A stretch of 64,000 nt of DNA from Eledone cirrhosa (GCA_964016885.1 OZ024750.1:20150001-20214000), one strand, 5' to 3'; counted from the first letter of the stretch, positions 1 through 14,033 are shown. The notes: generated from the sequence alone by a model not told the origin. Numbers and translations: made by a program.

Positions 1-2520
1 TTAAACCATAAATGTCTTATAAATGTGTTATATATGTTCCTTCTCTAAATAACAATTAGCCTGTGAAATCTGCTGATCTGATAGATCTTCCATATATTTA
101 CTAGTTTATAGAGAAAGCTTATTTATTATATGATACTAAATTGCTTCTGTATCTGTAAGGCTGTAATATACCCAGAGAGATATAGGCTGAAGAATGTTCG
201 TTGCAATTGCCGGAATGGTCTTTCTAACACAGATATATGAATTAATATACATTACGAAACATTACTGCATTAGGAAATGCTATGCCAGACTTTGAATTGC
301 AATGCGATAACTCTTATATACTGATTTTCATTTTGAATTAAACTAGCCTCTGGTATATTCACTGGAATATTTCGTGGGTTATTTTCATAGAGGGTATATC
401 TTGCAATATATCATAAGGTAGTCAGTTGTGCCCTTGTGTATTTACAAAGAACACAACATGTTTTTCAATAAATTATGTGCTCTTTCAATACCGTAACATC
501 TACTATTATTGCCAGTTGGGAAACCTATTATCCACATACATAAATACATCTTGTTGAATTTGATAAACGTTACGATAATAATTGCCTTGAAAACAAATTC
601 CTGATACATTGTGCTCTGAAGCTTTTAATCCTTCAGGTGTTCGGACAATGTAATTGCCATGTGATTGAGTCGCTTATTGGTCATGAGCTTTCTCACATAA
701 ATATCGTATGTATTGGAGATGTATTGAGAATGGGTTCTTGCGACGCATTTGTCATGTGTTTGGGTTAGGTCATTGGCATGAGTCTTATGACGTATTTGTC
801 ATTGTGATCTTTGACATATACATGATTATTCTCTCGTTTAGAGTACTCAGTTTACCAGTCGTATATAGGTGAGACTACTGTAGGGACAAATACGTCATTG
901 TTAATATTGTCTTCATTTTGACACATTTACATACGTCCTAATTTAGAATTAAACAACAAATTACACGAGTGATGTAAGGAGGTCAAGTTTTCGTCAGGTA
1001 ACCGGGCAATATCTTCTGAGAACCTTTCATCAGAAGCTATGATATAAGGTGGCAGTTTGAGATGAATTCTTCGGGATTTATGTTGTATGAGAATTAACAT
1101 ATAATATACACGTGTTCAATGGCTGTTACTAATTGAATGTCTCAATACATCATCTCCTTGCAGAATGTGTTTAGATAAATTTGCTATTTTCAAGCAGGTC
1201 GTAATGGAAGAACGTTCTGCTATCTTACTAGATGGGGCCTTTAAAGTCATTAAATATAAGCTTGGTATGACAAATAATTTCGTCATCAATAACGTAACAT
1301 AGCGCAGCGTAGAGATGAACAGAGGGAAACTAGTGCAGATTCTCTTTTAATCAATAGATAAAGTGTTAACTTCTATTATAATAACTTTCTTAAACATTCA
1401 TTTAAAAGCTAGTAAATATTATTAGAATATTCCACTATTATGCCTAGAAGAAAGAGATTATTATTTATATAGGCATGTAATGTACGAAATTGCAACATGT
1501 TTTGCCAGCCGCGTTTACATGAAGTTAGCGATGTAGTTCAATATCTGACGTCGAATACATAGCGGGAGGTGACAGAAATAATTAATTATTGTTTCGGGCA
1601 TCATTGCCCCATTTCATATAATCCACACAGATCAATAATTGATTATATACCATATTAAGTCTCCTGTATTTAAATCCATTGAAATATTCGTATTTGAGCC
1701 CATGGTTATATGACAGAAATACATATGTAGTGCGTAAATATTTATGTAGCATTTACATTCTATTTTTGATTCATAACTGTTTTCTATTTTTCTGCATTTA
1801 TATATTATACAATATTTTATTTTATTGTTGAATGCACAATGAGTAGCTTGCGGCGGCTCTTCTCTGATTATATCCTACTAGAATAGGTTACGTTATTCAA
1901 GTATATACAGTAGATAAGATTTTATACAACAGTGTACATATTCACACGTCAACCGGAATCAATATGGCGCTATGGTATTTCCTGTGCAGCATATTTTATA
2001 GAAGATTCTCTTGTTATAGGAAAGAAAAAAATAGGAATAAATGCATTGAACAACTGGTGAGAAGGTCTTTATTAAACAATAGGTATAAATACATTGGAAA
2101 TTTCTAGACAGAAATACGTATGTTGATGGTGTATGTGAATTGCAATACTGTAAATAAAAAATGAAACAAGTATATACTGAACATCAATATTTCACTGACG
2201 TCCATTTGGAAATTATGTATGTGGACAGCAGAATGCTTATGTTATTCATATTGCAATCATCAGAACAACCGATCGATTCCATTAAATGAAATCATGTCTA
2301 AGTGTCATTTACTATTGTCTCGGGTCGTTCCATTTCGTGTAAATGAATTTGGGTACGCAGACACTCATTGAATGCCCATGGGATTACGTGTAGATGAAAT
2401 CAAAATATACTTAAAATTAAGTAAATGATACATGTGTTTTGTAGAATTCTCAGGCAAGTTCACACGAGAGTTTTGTGAATTGGCTGTTTCGCTTATCTAC
2501 GGCATATATATATATATATA

Positions 2521-2881
<361 letters not shown>

Positions 2882-2914
2882 CAAGCACCCACATACATAT
2901 ATATATATATATAT

Positions 2915-3101
2915 AATTGTTTCTACTTTTGACAAAAGATCAGCAAAAACCAGGTGTATTAGTGGTACTTTATTTTATCGACCCTGTTAGGATGAAAGGC
3001 AAAGTTAACCTCGGCGGGATTTGAACCCAGAACATAAAGCGCCGTAGCTCTATGCTGCAAAGCATGGCGTCCGACCCTCTACCGATATTAACAATCCAGC
3101 G
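2915..3101 (-). mobile_element. tRNA-derived SINE, family 1
   Basis: Reverse complement of the consensus: A box TGGCAGTATCGG, B box GAGTTCAAATCC, core CTTTGCCTTTCATCCTTACGGGGTCGATAAAATAAAGTACCAG, tail AGTAGAAACAATTAT. Confidence 0.9.
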
Positions 3102-3272
3102 TGGTAGGTAACACAATTTGTAGAAGGTACTCAATATTTAGTAGAATATAGGCTTCCTTATTTTATTCTAAAAATGACTAGAACTGGTACATTATCATGG
3201 TTTCTTACGAATTAAACATATCTAGCTCTGCAAAATTAATTTTTATTATATATGCATATATTGTCACAATAA

Positions 3273-3334
<62 letters not shown>

Positions 3335-3575
3335 GGTTATATTGTTATATTGTTATATTCTGAGTGGGCCATCCTGCCAGTAAAACAACACGCGCCTGTT
3401 TGATTTCACTTCAATTTATTATAAATTCCCTGTCGGTAAGTTTAATAACCAGATGGTTGTTGTTGATTTTCAAAAGTATTTCGTGACACATTATGTGACC
3501 TCGGCAGTGACAACATTTGTAGTTATGTTGTGTTCCTCCTTCTTTTCTGTCCTACACCATCTTGCTTTTGTCAGC
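3335..3575 (-). mobile_element. Diverged PLE 3' terminus (pseudo-LTR) of the family at 31930-32348, between two (TA)n tracts
   Basis: Reverse complement aligns by eye to 32050-32300 (aagatggtgtaggacaga; gtcactg..gaggtca..taatgtgt.acgaaata; ttataataaattgaagtgaaa); hammerhead core degraded to CUGCCGA. Confidence 0.8.
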
Positions 3576-3634
3576 TCGCTTTATATCATTCCAATGCGTG
3601 AACCTAATGTGACCCTATTTAGCATTTGAGTGTT

Positions 3635-3691
<57 letters not shown>

Positions 3692-4369
3692 TTATATATA
3701 CGTATATGTGAGTGCGTGTTGTGTGTGCGTATGTATCTCTATATATATAAGTATCCTATGATGCTGTTTGATACCTCAATTAATTGTTAAATTTATTTAG
3801 ATTATATGGGCAAACACTCTGAAAAATATATATAAAATCAATGGACTAAATATTCTGAACGTACTCTCCATTTTCAGTTATCAACTTATCTGCTTCCTAT
3901 AGAATATATCATGGATGTATCAAATTTCCTGTCATTTATCATATATCAAACATTGCGTTTCTTCTTAATGGTCTATGTATGCTTGGTGGGGTAGTCATGA
4001 ATATATTTCAACGAAAGTGATCTCTAGTGTCGTCTCATCTATAGACCTGTTTTGTTATGATGCATTGATACATATTTGAACTATGTATAATAGGATTATA
4101 TATCTGGCAAACATATTTTATTCTTTTATCCATTATTTTATTATCCTACTAGTTTACAGTCATTAAAGTGTGGACATGCTGGAGAATAGATTTGATTTAG
4201 TCGATGCTTGTGACCCCGGTAAGTATCATTACGAAGTACGTTACTTAATGTATCCATCCCCATTTGTAGAACAACATAGCTACGCGAAATGCACCCAGTC
4301 AGCAGCAGAATAGTTGATACAGTCATTCACGCAAGTACACACACACACACACATTCACGCATGTACACA

Positions 4370-4449
<80 letters not shown>

Positions 4450-4464
4450 CATATATACATATAT

Positions 4465-5170
4465 CATGGTTGCAAACTCGTGTTTGAGCATTGCCATCGC
4501 CTGATAAAATGCTCAAAAATGTTAGGCAAGAATTTGGCTCTTCAAACAATTCAAAGCCCTGAATCCTCTGGCACATACATGACAACTGTACACTGCCCTG
4601 GGACTTTCCACTGCTTGGATCTGACTGTGTGTTTTCATATGTCTTTTATGCCCCCCATGCCTGCACATTCCTTGGTACACTCCCAACACCTTTTCAGATG
4701 CTGTTCATAATCTACATGACATCTACTGATATGACTTTATTCATGTCTAATCAAACCAGCTTTGCTCAGGCAGACTCGACCACAGTGCTTGCAAACCTGA
4801 TGTTGCTCAACATCAGTCTGTTAATAACAGGCCCTTTTCCTCGCCTTCCTTTTCAGAGTTATCTGTTCTCTTCGACGATATTCAAAGTGTTCAATTCCTG
4901 ACTTGATCAAACGTCTCCATTTCACACGCTCCTCAGCCATTTACTCCCATTCGTCAGATAAAATTCGAACACAAACCAAAGGTTCTGCTGACACAGTCCC
5001 GGTACTGCATCTTTGCTTTGCGATGGTCGCCTTCATTCGCACATTTCTTAGAAGAGAGGTTGCTTTGGAATACGATCATCAGACATCCGGATCACGCGAT
5101 CACACCACATCAGCCGAAGCCGAAATATCATGCTCTGTATACTTATACACCTGCTCCGTTCGAGAATTTC
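4465..5170 (-). mobile_element. 5'-truncated RTE-clade LINE 3' end with three degraded C2H2 zinc fingers
   Basis: Translation across stops and frameshifts: LRLMWCDRVIRMSDDRIPKQPLF...EWE*MAEERVKWRRLIKSGIEHFE...CKHCGRVCLSKAGLIRHE*SH...CWECTKECAGMGGI/KRHMKTH...CHVCARGFRALNCLKSQ; ends in a simple-repeat tail. Confidence 0.85.
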
Positions 5171-5239
5171 CAAATCACACACATTCATACATAGACGCAT
5201 GCATACATACATAAACACACACACATACATACAGACATA

Positions 5240-5531
5240 CATGGTGGCTGCCAACTCGATTTAGAGTACGGCCACTACTTTATATCCATGTAGGAGAACC
5301 CCTACCGATGCGCTGAACAAGTATGACTTTTTAATCCAGCCAGCGAGTTGAAAACTCTGGTACAAATACTACACTTGTGACAATTGTTGACACATAGTTC
5401 TGGGCCCATGGTACCATGTGACGACAAGTGCAGAGAGATCTCCAGATATAAAGCAATGCCTGTGTCGTGAAGCTTTTATAGTGAGCAAAGGCACTGCACA
5501 AAGCCAGTACCACTCTCTTAATCAAGATGAA

Positions 5532-5535
<4 letters not shown>
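5240..5535 (-). mobile_element. Second RTE 3'-end fragment of a related family, with a zinc finger and a (GTAT)n tail
   Basis: HKCSICTRVFNSLAGLKSHTCSAHR*; 3' end gagttggcagccaccatgtatg resembles gagtttgcaaccatgata of the neighbouring copy. Confidence 0.75.
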
Positions 5536-5536
<1 letters not shown>

Positions 5537-5564
<28 letters not shown>

Positions 5565-5604
5565 CATACATACATACATACATACACGCATACATACATA
5601 CATA
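5537..5604. repeat. (CATA)n microsatellite
   Basis: Read directly. Confidence 0.95.
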
Positions 5605-6699
5605 CAACTATACGTACAAGGGTATTCTGCAGGTTTTGTCTCTGAAGTTATACTAGTCATGGCACTAGTCAAACGAAGACTGTAATAGAAGATACTCGCA
5701 GACGACCGCGTCGAAGGTGACTGAAAACAGAACTACTTGATCTGAGGTGAACACTTTAACAACACAAATATGCCTGTGACTATGCTATATAAAAGCATAC
5801 GAAATTCATTTCTCTCCATTAACACGGGGATCATGGCGATGAAGCCGTGCAAGTAAATAGCGAGAGACGATATAAACACATACGTGACTGATATCAACTA
5901 TTATAATAAAATAGGTACATAATTTATCAAATATACAAATAAAGCAATATCTGCTGATAAAATTATTAGCAAAACATATTTTTGTACAGGTATACGGGAA
6001 ATAAAATGTTCATATATGTATAGATCAATATGTCCGTTGAAAGTGTAAACATACACACGCTATTTGTTGATGTACTTTCATGATTCATCTTGGCTTTCTG
6101 TCTGTTGTGACGACGAGCCCGCCAGTTAGTTAACTAACGTAACAGCCACCACGTAAACTTGACTGAGCATACCACACTCAGAGATACAACGTGAAACATT
6201 ACGAGGCAAATCTGCCTATTTAACTGCAGATAAACTCATCTTTAATAGCTGAGTGAATTGGAGCAAATGTGCGTTCGCATCTCATCGGCAGTGTATTCAT
6301 GTATAAGGTCGACAATTCTGTTGACATGCCATGTTCGTTCTCCAAAATCCCGATGGAATCGTAGGGGCATTATAGTGCCGAATTGGACATTCAAATCTAG
6401 CAGAGCCATCCTTCTCCAATTCTGAATATGGAGGATAATATCATAAAAAAAAGTGGAGCATGAAAGGATACAGAGTCAGATCCTAGAACTGTAATGGTAG
6501 GCTGTCATGTTCATGCAACTCAAATTATATGTACGGAAAAGTTGACATCGCTGGGATTTAATCGTAACGATTCTGGTGCAGATATGACAACTGCAAAGTT
6601 TACTAACCAACGTTCTCAGGAATCTACATAATCTCCACATTACATTGTTATATATCAAAAGGAATTTATTAAAATATATAGAATTCAGGGCAATTTCTA

Positions 6700-6960
6700 A
6701 ATTTTAGGTATAATGGATGTTGGAGGGAGCACCAAATTTTCTCGTCAGTCACGTACAGAAAAGTGTTCACAATGGTATGATGTGATTGAATAGATGCACA
6801 GTGCTTTCTATAAGGTTCCTCACACGCAACGACAAATAGTATATCATTTGCAATGAGCTTCGTTCTGCATTTAGGGGCCCATGTAATTCCAAGCAATGAG
6901 AGATAACATTTCCAAGCTAACATATTCGATCTAGCTAGCAATGAAGCTTTGAAAGCCGAG
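6700..6960 (-). mobile_element. Heavily degraded RTE-like LINE fragment
   Basis: WKCYLSLLGITWAPK...NDILFVA resembles the RTE post-RT motif CxRxILGIxWxxKxxNxxVL. Confidence 0.3.
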
Positions 6961-7255
6961 TCAGTTAGACTGTAACACACGAAACTGATTTATTAATATG
7001 CTGTTGGTGTATATAGATAAAATATGGGTGTGTGTATGGGGAAGTGGTAATGAGGTGTAAATTACATGTCATCATTTGGTGAAAATAAAATAAAAACATA
7101 AAGAAAAATTAGGATGATTAATTGAGTCTGGTATTGGGAGGTGTTGAGGTGAGAAAGGCGTTGTAATTGTCATATATACCCTTTGGTGAAAAAATAAGAT
7201 AAAAATTAAACCATAAAAAAGTTAATGAGTGTTTCAATTTTTGTAGAGAGATCAG

Positions 7256-7386
<131 letters not shown>

Positions 7387-8116
7387 ATATATATATGTGT
7401 GTGGAGAGAAGTGGTTGTGTGCGTTACTATTAATAAATTACTGAAATGATAAGGCTATAGGCAATTTGAATAGATAATAGACCAATCTTTAAACATAACC
7501 TATGAATTGTTAAATAACATTCATTAAATTATATTATATCCTGTTCTTTAATAAATATCTCCATTTCTCTATTGTCACCAGCCGCTCATATTATATTTTA
7601 TAGGTCATAACACATTATATATCGCACAGAATAACAACGTTTTTTGTTATACATCCCTCGAAATTCCATTGTATTGGGTCGTCAAGTATCAAAATTGTTT
7701 TTTTCTGGAAAGTTCTACAACTTCCATACATGACAGCCCAATATGTTATGTTAAAGTGTATTTAGACATTTTTTGACAGTAAACATTCAATGATTCTAAT
7801 ATTATAGTAGACCCCGCGTTAATTGAAGCTCTAGAAACCAGTTTATAATTAGATTATTAAATTACTTAATCCTTTTAAATTCATTGATTTCAAATTTTTT
7901 GAGAGCCATATAGAGTGACTTTCATTAAAAGTATGATAACAAAATTTGATATCTAATAATTTCGCATGGCTTAATTACACATCTGGAATGTGTACCAGCT
8001 GTAGGTAGGAATTAGATCTGCAATTGACTGGCAACCTCTTCGATGGAGGAGGTTGTTCTCTCAGTCACGTAACACCGATGAAATACTCACATAGACACAC
8101 ACAAACACACACACAC

Positions 8117-8186
<70 letters not shown>

Positions 8187-8378
8187 GGATTAGAATTTCG
8201 TGTTTCTAAAGAAATACGTTATATTTCTAAATAAACATCATTTAGAAAGCCGTAGCTATGCAAAAACCCCGGCAGCTATCGCCACCTGACTGTGTCCAGC
8301 ACAAGCAAGGGGTCAATCGTACTGAATGGTTCTCATCAGGATGTATATATATTTATAATATATATATATACATCCTGA

Positions 8379-8431
<53 letters not shown>

Positions 8432-8436
<5 letters not shown>

Positions 8437-8600
8437 GTTTCTACTGTTGGCACAAGGCCAGCAATTAGCCAGTGCATTACTGGTACTTTATTTTATCGAA
8501 CCCGTAAGGATGATAGGCACAGTTAACCCCGGCGGGATTTGAACTCAGAAAGGAAAGGGCCGTAACTCAATGTTGCAAAGCATGGCTTCCAACCCTGTAC
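8432..8600 (-). mobile_element. SINE family 1
   Basis: Core, B box and tail match the consensus; abuts (TA)n. Confidence 0.9.
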
Positions 8601-8846
8601 GCTTTGTAGAATTTAGTTACGGCCCTTTCCATTCTGAGTTCAAATATATATAATTTAACATAAAAGCACACGAATATACATGTATAGTTGTGAGGCGGTG
8701 GGATGGTATTGTTTTCATTAATACATATATAAATGTATATGTGCGCATATTAGTATGGATGTGCAAAAGCATATTAAGATGTCTGCAACTACGTGCCAAC
8801 ATGTTTATCTAGTAGTATCAGAATTAGCATCCATATCATGTTATTC

Positions 8847-9035
8847 GCGGTGGATTGGCAGTATCGGTAGAGGGTCGGACGCCATGCTTTCTAGCATAGT
8901 TACGTCCCTTTACAGTCTGAGTTCAAATCCCGCCGAGGTTAACTTTGCCTTTCATCCTTACGGGGTCGATAAAATAAAGTTCCAGTAATGTACTGGGTAT
9001 TTGCTGGCCTTGTGCCTAAAGTAGAAATAGTTATT
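8847..9035 (+). mobile_element. SINE family 1, full length
   Basis: gcggtggattggcagtatcgg...gagttcaaatccc...agtagaaatagttatt. Confidence 0.92.
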
Positions 9036-9252
9036 CATAATATATTGATTTGAAATATATATTCTTTGACTGTTACGATCTCTAGAAAAGAATGTTCACC
9101 GTATAAAATAAGGAATCCCATCTGTACTTTTACCAATATATAATATATTAGAAGAATGGAAGGGTTGTGCGTAAACAATATTTCGTTAAATACCTTTCTT
9201 AAACGACCACTAAAATATGAGTATGCATACATTATTGATGTACCAATCTAGA

Positions 9253-10139
9253 TAATTGATGATATGAATATGACAGGTAGGGGTATTTGTTTACATAATG
9301 ATATACTTTATACTACTACAACTACATCTACCCTGTTTTCTTCTCCTCCCCCTCCTCCTCCTCCTACTACTACTGCTACTACTACTACTACTACTTGTCG
9401 CCGTCGTAGATTGAACTATGATAATTGAGAATGCAAAAAAAAAAAAAAAAGATTAATACTGTCATTCACCATATCCAGACAGAAGAAATATGCAAATTAG
9501 GAAGGTCATCCGAGCTGTTGCACTGCTTGTAAGGGGGAAAATGGGACAGACAAGCACTAAGCAGTGTAAGTTAAAATAACTATAGTGGAAAAGACGCATT
9601 GAGCAGTGGTATAAAGGAACGTGGAAAAATAGGTAAAAGGCTGCTCCATAAGCACTAGAAAAGACGGAAGATTGGTTTCCATACAATAATTGTTTCTAGT
9701 TTAGGCACAAGGCCAGCAATTTGAAGGGGAGGCGAAAGTCGATTAAATCGACTCCAGTGCTTACTGGAACTTTATTTTATCGACCCCGTAAGGATGAAAG
9801 GCAAAGCTAACCTCGGCAGGATTTGAAATCAGAACATAAAGAGACGTAACTATATGCTGCTAAGCATGGTGTCCGATCCTCTACCGATACTGCCAATCCC
9901 CCAATAATGTCCGTTCAACTCAGTATTTTCCTAAGAAGTTACAGTCTTTCCCTATATCTTAGGTAGAAGTCGATTATAATTATTCATAGCCAACAGATCA
10001 TCTGATATAAATTAAGGTCTTATAATTGATAATTAGGAATATGACAGGTACAGCATTGGTTTACATAATCATATAAATTATACTACTACAACTACAGCTA
10101 TCCTTCCTTCTCCACTCCCTCCTCCTCCTCTACATCTTC

Positions 10140-10170
<31 letters not shown>
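9253..10170. repeat. Diverged local duplication of about 150 bp (approx. 9253-9394 and 10022-10170), each copy ending in (CCT)n/(CTA)n
   Basis: Both copies share gaatatgacaggta, tttacataat and ttatactactacaactaca. Confidence 0.8.
9686..9902 (-). mobile_element. SINE family 1, long variant
   Basis: Consensus plus an extra gtcgatttaatcgac hairpin and C-rich segment before the tail. Confidence 0.9.
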
Positions 10171-10267
10171 GTAAATTGAATTAGCGAGGGTGAAAAGGAT
10201 AGCTCAACGCTATTATGTTCTGATTTACGTAACTGCCAACTTTTATAAGGGCTACGCTGCATTATGT

Positions 10268-10455
10268 GTAGATTGGCAGTATTGATAGAGGGTCGGACGC
10301 CATGCTTTGACGCATAGAGTTACGGCCCTTGCCATTCTTAGTTCAAATCCCTCCGATGTTAACTTTGCCTTTCATCCTTATGGGACCGATAAAATAAAGT
10401 ACAAGTAATACACTGGGATAATTGCTGGCGGTGTGCCAAAAGTAGAAACAATTAT
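10268..10455 (+). mobile_element. SINE family 1
   Basis: A box, B box, core and tail present. Confidence 0.9.
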
Positions 10456-10739
10456 GTGTAGGAATATTGTTATAACCATTGTAATTATTGTGGCTTCTGC
10501 TTACTGTACATTTCGACTGTAGTGTAAATATCAGCCCCAGGAATATCGTATCCATATTACTATTAAACCAATAACTTAAAGCTAAAAAAATATGTATATA
10601 GTTTTAAAACATTCGACTTTTGCATGAGTATATATGGTACTTTGAGTTATATTCATATTACATTAACAACAGTTATACACGCAGTACCACAAGGTATAGA
10701 CAAGTTTTAGTTCTGAAGTTGTGAACTATTATTTCAATT

Positions 10740-10897
10740 GGATGCCATTCTTCCTAGCATAGTTACGTCCCTTTACGGTTTGCGTTCAAATCCCGCCGAG
10801 GTTAACTTTGCCTTTCAACCTTACGGGGTCGATAAAATAAAGTACCAGTAATGTACTGGTTAATTGGTGGCCTTGTGCCAAAAGTAGAAATAATTAT
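10740..10897 (+). mobile_element. SINE family 1, 5'-truncated
   Basis: B box, core and tail present; A box missing. Confidence 0.88.
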
Positions 10898-12251
10898 TTC
10901 AAACACTTTTTGCGGTCAACTTTGTCAATATTCCGAGATCAGTAAATAAAATCTTAGGAACGACCAGGATCAAAGGAACTTATTCCTATCAGCCACAAAA
11001 TGAGGTAGTGTTGAACCTAAATAGCAAACTATTACATCAAACAGTCACACGTTAGAAGTACTGTTCAACAAGCCTATATTTTCATATACAGTATGAAAAT
11101 TACTAAATAAATATCCATCTTCTTACAAGACATTTACATCGAAAAATTTAGCAACTTGAGAACACTAATAAATGGAACATATAAGTTTTACAAGTTTATC
11201 TTACTTTAGTTGAATTTTCCAGAACTTTAAAGCAGAAATGTCACTGTAAAATTAAATAAATTCAGTGACATTATCGCTAAATTTTTCTGAATAAGATTAT
11301 TTTAAATTAGATTATGTTATCCACTTTGAAACTTCTTAAAATACGTGTTTGTTTTACAGTTAACGAACGTGTGTTATTTTCTTATTTTACTTGTTTCAGT
11401 CACAAAACCGTGGCCATGCGGTGGCACCACCTGAAAAAATATATTTGTTATATCGGCCCCTGTATTTATGTATTGTTTCTCCCCTTTATTTCATGGAGTT
11501 TGTTATTGATCGAATCAGGAAATACGCATAAAGGCAAACAACATCATACTCAAAACCGCTCACACACCCACACATACACATAAGACGCTCGAGTTTGTCC
11601 TCGTTCTAATTTCCCTGTCTTCAACATATAAATATCCTCGGAATGGTTGATAGTTCTCCAGAATTTGTGAGGATGAAGAGGTCATCATTTCAGTTGTTAT
11701 TGAACGACAGACCATGCTCCTTTCTTCACAACACACATATAATAGTGGGAACTAGACCCATTAATTTAACGAAACTCTGGAAATAAATAATATATACTTA
11801 TATTTATATATTATATTTTCTAATTCTTTAATTTAAACCTTTAATCTTTTAACTCTATACGTCTATTCTTAATGAAGTCTGTACATATATTTTCTAATAA
11901 TTCATCTTCGTTCATTTACCCAACTTTCCTTATATTTATTTAAATGTTTTACACTTGGCCTTAATAGGAAATTATTTTCTGTAACATTTCTTCTCTACCG
12001 TCACGCTTAGCGGGCTTTGACATGTAGATATTTTAACTTACGTCTTGCCCCTCATCTCTGTAGCTGACGTCCGAATGACCAGAGTTCATATTAGTATATA
12101 TAACTACAGAATATATACAAGCCCTACAACCCCATTGTAGCACATACCAAACCGACAAGGCATTGCATTGACTAGGCTATTATTTGAAGGTGGTCTGGGG
12201 CACCGATACAAATAGAAAAAAATAGGAATATATATAAATACATTATCGGAG

Positions 12252-12400
12252 AAAGCTAATAGCGATACTTCGGCCAAATCCCAACTCACTCAACAAACAT
12301 TAGGAAATAAGTGAGTATATTCCTAATTAAACGTTCGGGTGCTAACTAATTGTATTGTGTGGAAAATTGGCTGTATTATTTCCTATGAGATATAACAAAT
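12252..12400 (+). repeat. Unclassified interspersed repeat ending at (TA)n; second copy inverted at 19658-19795
   Basis: Shared aaagctaat, ctcactcaacaaacattagg, gggtgctaac, tgtatt.tgtggaaaa, tgtattattt...gagatataa. Confidence 0.75.
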
Positions 12401-13504
12401 ATATATATATTTAATGCGTAGAAATATCTATGATCCCCAGAAATCAACTGATGAAGTGCTTTCCTCTTCTTTATAAATACACTTTATCCAGCAACCACAC
12501 AGCCCCTGTTCCTTCACAAATTTATATATATATATATATATTTATCCTTGTATTTTCATCTTCGTTCATTTACCCAACTTTCCTTATATTTATTTCCTTA
12601 TCTATGCGGTGCCCAGGACGTGGCATATTTAGCTAAATCTTTTTAGCGATGGGTACTTGTCCCGAGATTCTGCGTTCTGAGTTTAAACCCCATTGTAATA
12701 CATGGTTCTATTCGTTACTTTCATCTTGACAACGAATGCACTACCCCTATCACTTTCATAATGTCACAATCTGGATGATATCTTGGATCTAAGGAGACAG
12801 GGACAATCTACGGCAGTGTTTACATCTTTGTATCTCCCCATGTAATTCGGAAGCACAATTTGAAGAGCAGTTAACTCATGATGAAATCATAGTCGCCGTT
12901 CAGGTACGTATCTCGTCTCAGTCAGCTGGAACCTGGTGGAAACCTATCTCTCTCCTTGTATGAATACAGTCAGGTTCTTCCCAGGGAATGAGGGGAGATA
13001 TGTGAGAAAGCGTGATAGAGGAAGATCACTTCGGTAGGATTTCAAAGTCATAACAATGTGATTAAAAACAACTGAATTATTTAATTAAGACGCCTTAAAA
13101 ATCCAGCAATTTCGCAGCACTTAAGGTTAATTCACACAACTTTTTCGACTATTTTATAGTTAATTCGCATTGTGAGGGCTTTCCAAAATGCAATCGGATT
13201 TTCAAATCATAATTATAAATGCTTATATATTCATATATATTTGTGTGATTGTGTGTTTATATGTGTGGAAATGATATTACACTTTATATGCTTTCGTTTG
13301 TTCCATTCCTCCACCTACTTTCCGTGAATCGATATTTTTTATTTTGATATTAACGTTTAACATTGCCATTCTTTTATTATTATGAATCAAATTAGCTTCA
13401 TTAGCTTTCTTTCAAATACCGGCCTAATGTAATTTTTTTGAGAGGGAGAGGGTCTGATTTAGAGAGAGCGAGTGAGGGTTAGTAAGAGAGTGGGGAATGA
13501 GTTA

Positions 13505-13508
<4 letters not shown>

Positions 13509-13557
<49 letters not shown>
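13509..13557. repeat. (AG)n microsatellite
   Basis: Read directly. Confidence 0.95.
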
Positions 13558-13561
<4 letters not shown>

Positions 13562-13978
13562 TAATTATCATGTCGAAATAAACGATAGTTTTACATTTTT
13601 CCCTAAATTTAAATCCAAACGCCGATAGCTGGCAATTAGGAAAATTTAGAGCAATAATTTTCAAAACTAATATTATAGTGATTATGTTATTTTATCATTT
13701 ACTGTTACGCTGCTTTAAAAGAGTTCCATTGTATTGAAACAGCAGAAATGCAAATTTTAAATCATCTATGGCAACGTGATTAATAATAATTTTACAACAA
13801 TCAACTGACAATGTAGCATTAAAGTATTTTTATTTTATGTTATTTTAAAATATATTGTTATATGTATTCAGTTATTTCGTTTTTATAAATGTTTTATTTT
13901 CATCTAATTACTAGAAATGATGTATTGGAATTGTATTAACTCTTCGTTATATTGTGATTTCAATTCAATCGCATGTAA

Positions 13979-14033
<55 letters not shown>

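Noticed and set aside
800-900. LEYSVYQSYIGET, resembling a GIY-YIG YIGET motif
   Set aside because: A single short motif with no convincing flanking residues; possibly an old PLE but unsupported
8847-9035. SINE heads as tRNA genes; dispersed repeats as a CRISPR array
   Set aside because: A and B boxes are present but no cloverleaf is evident and each head is followed by SINE body; there is no regular repeat-spacer periodicity and the context is eukaryotic
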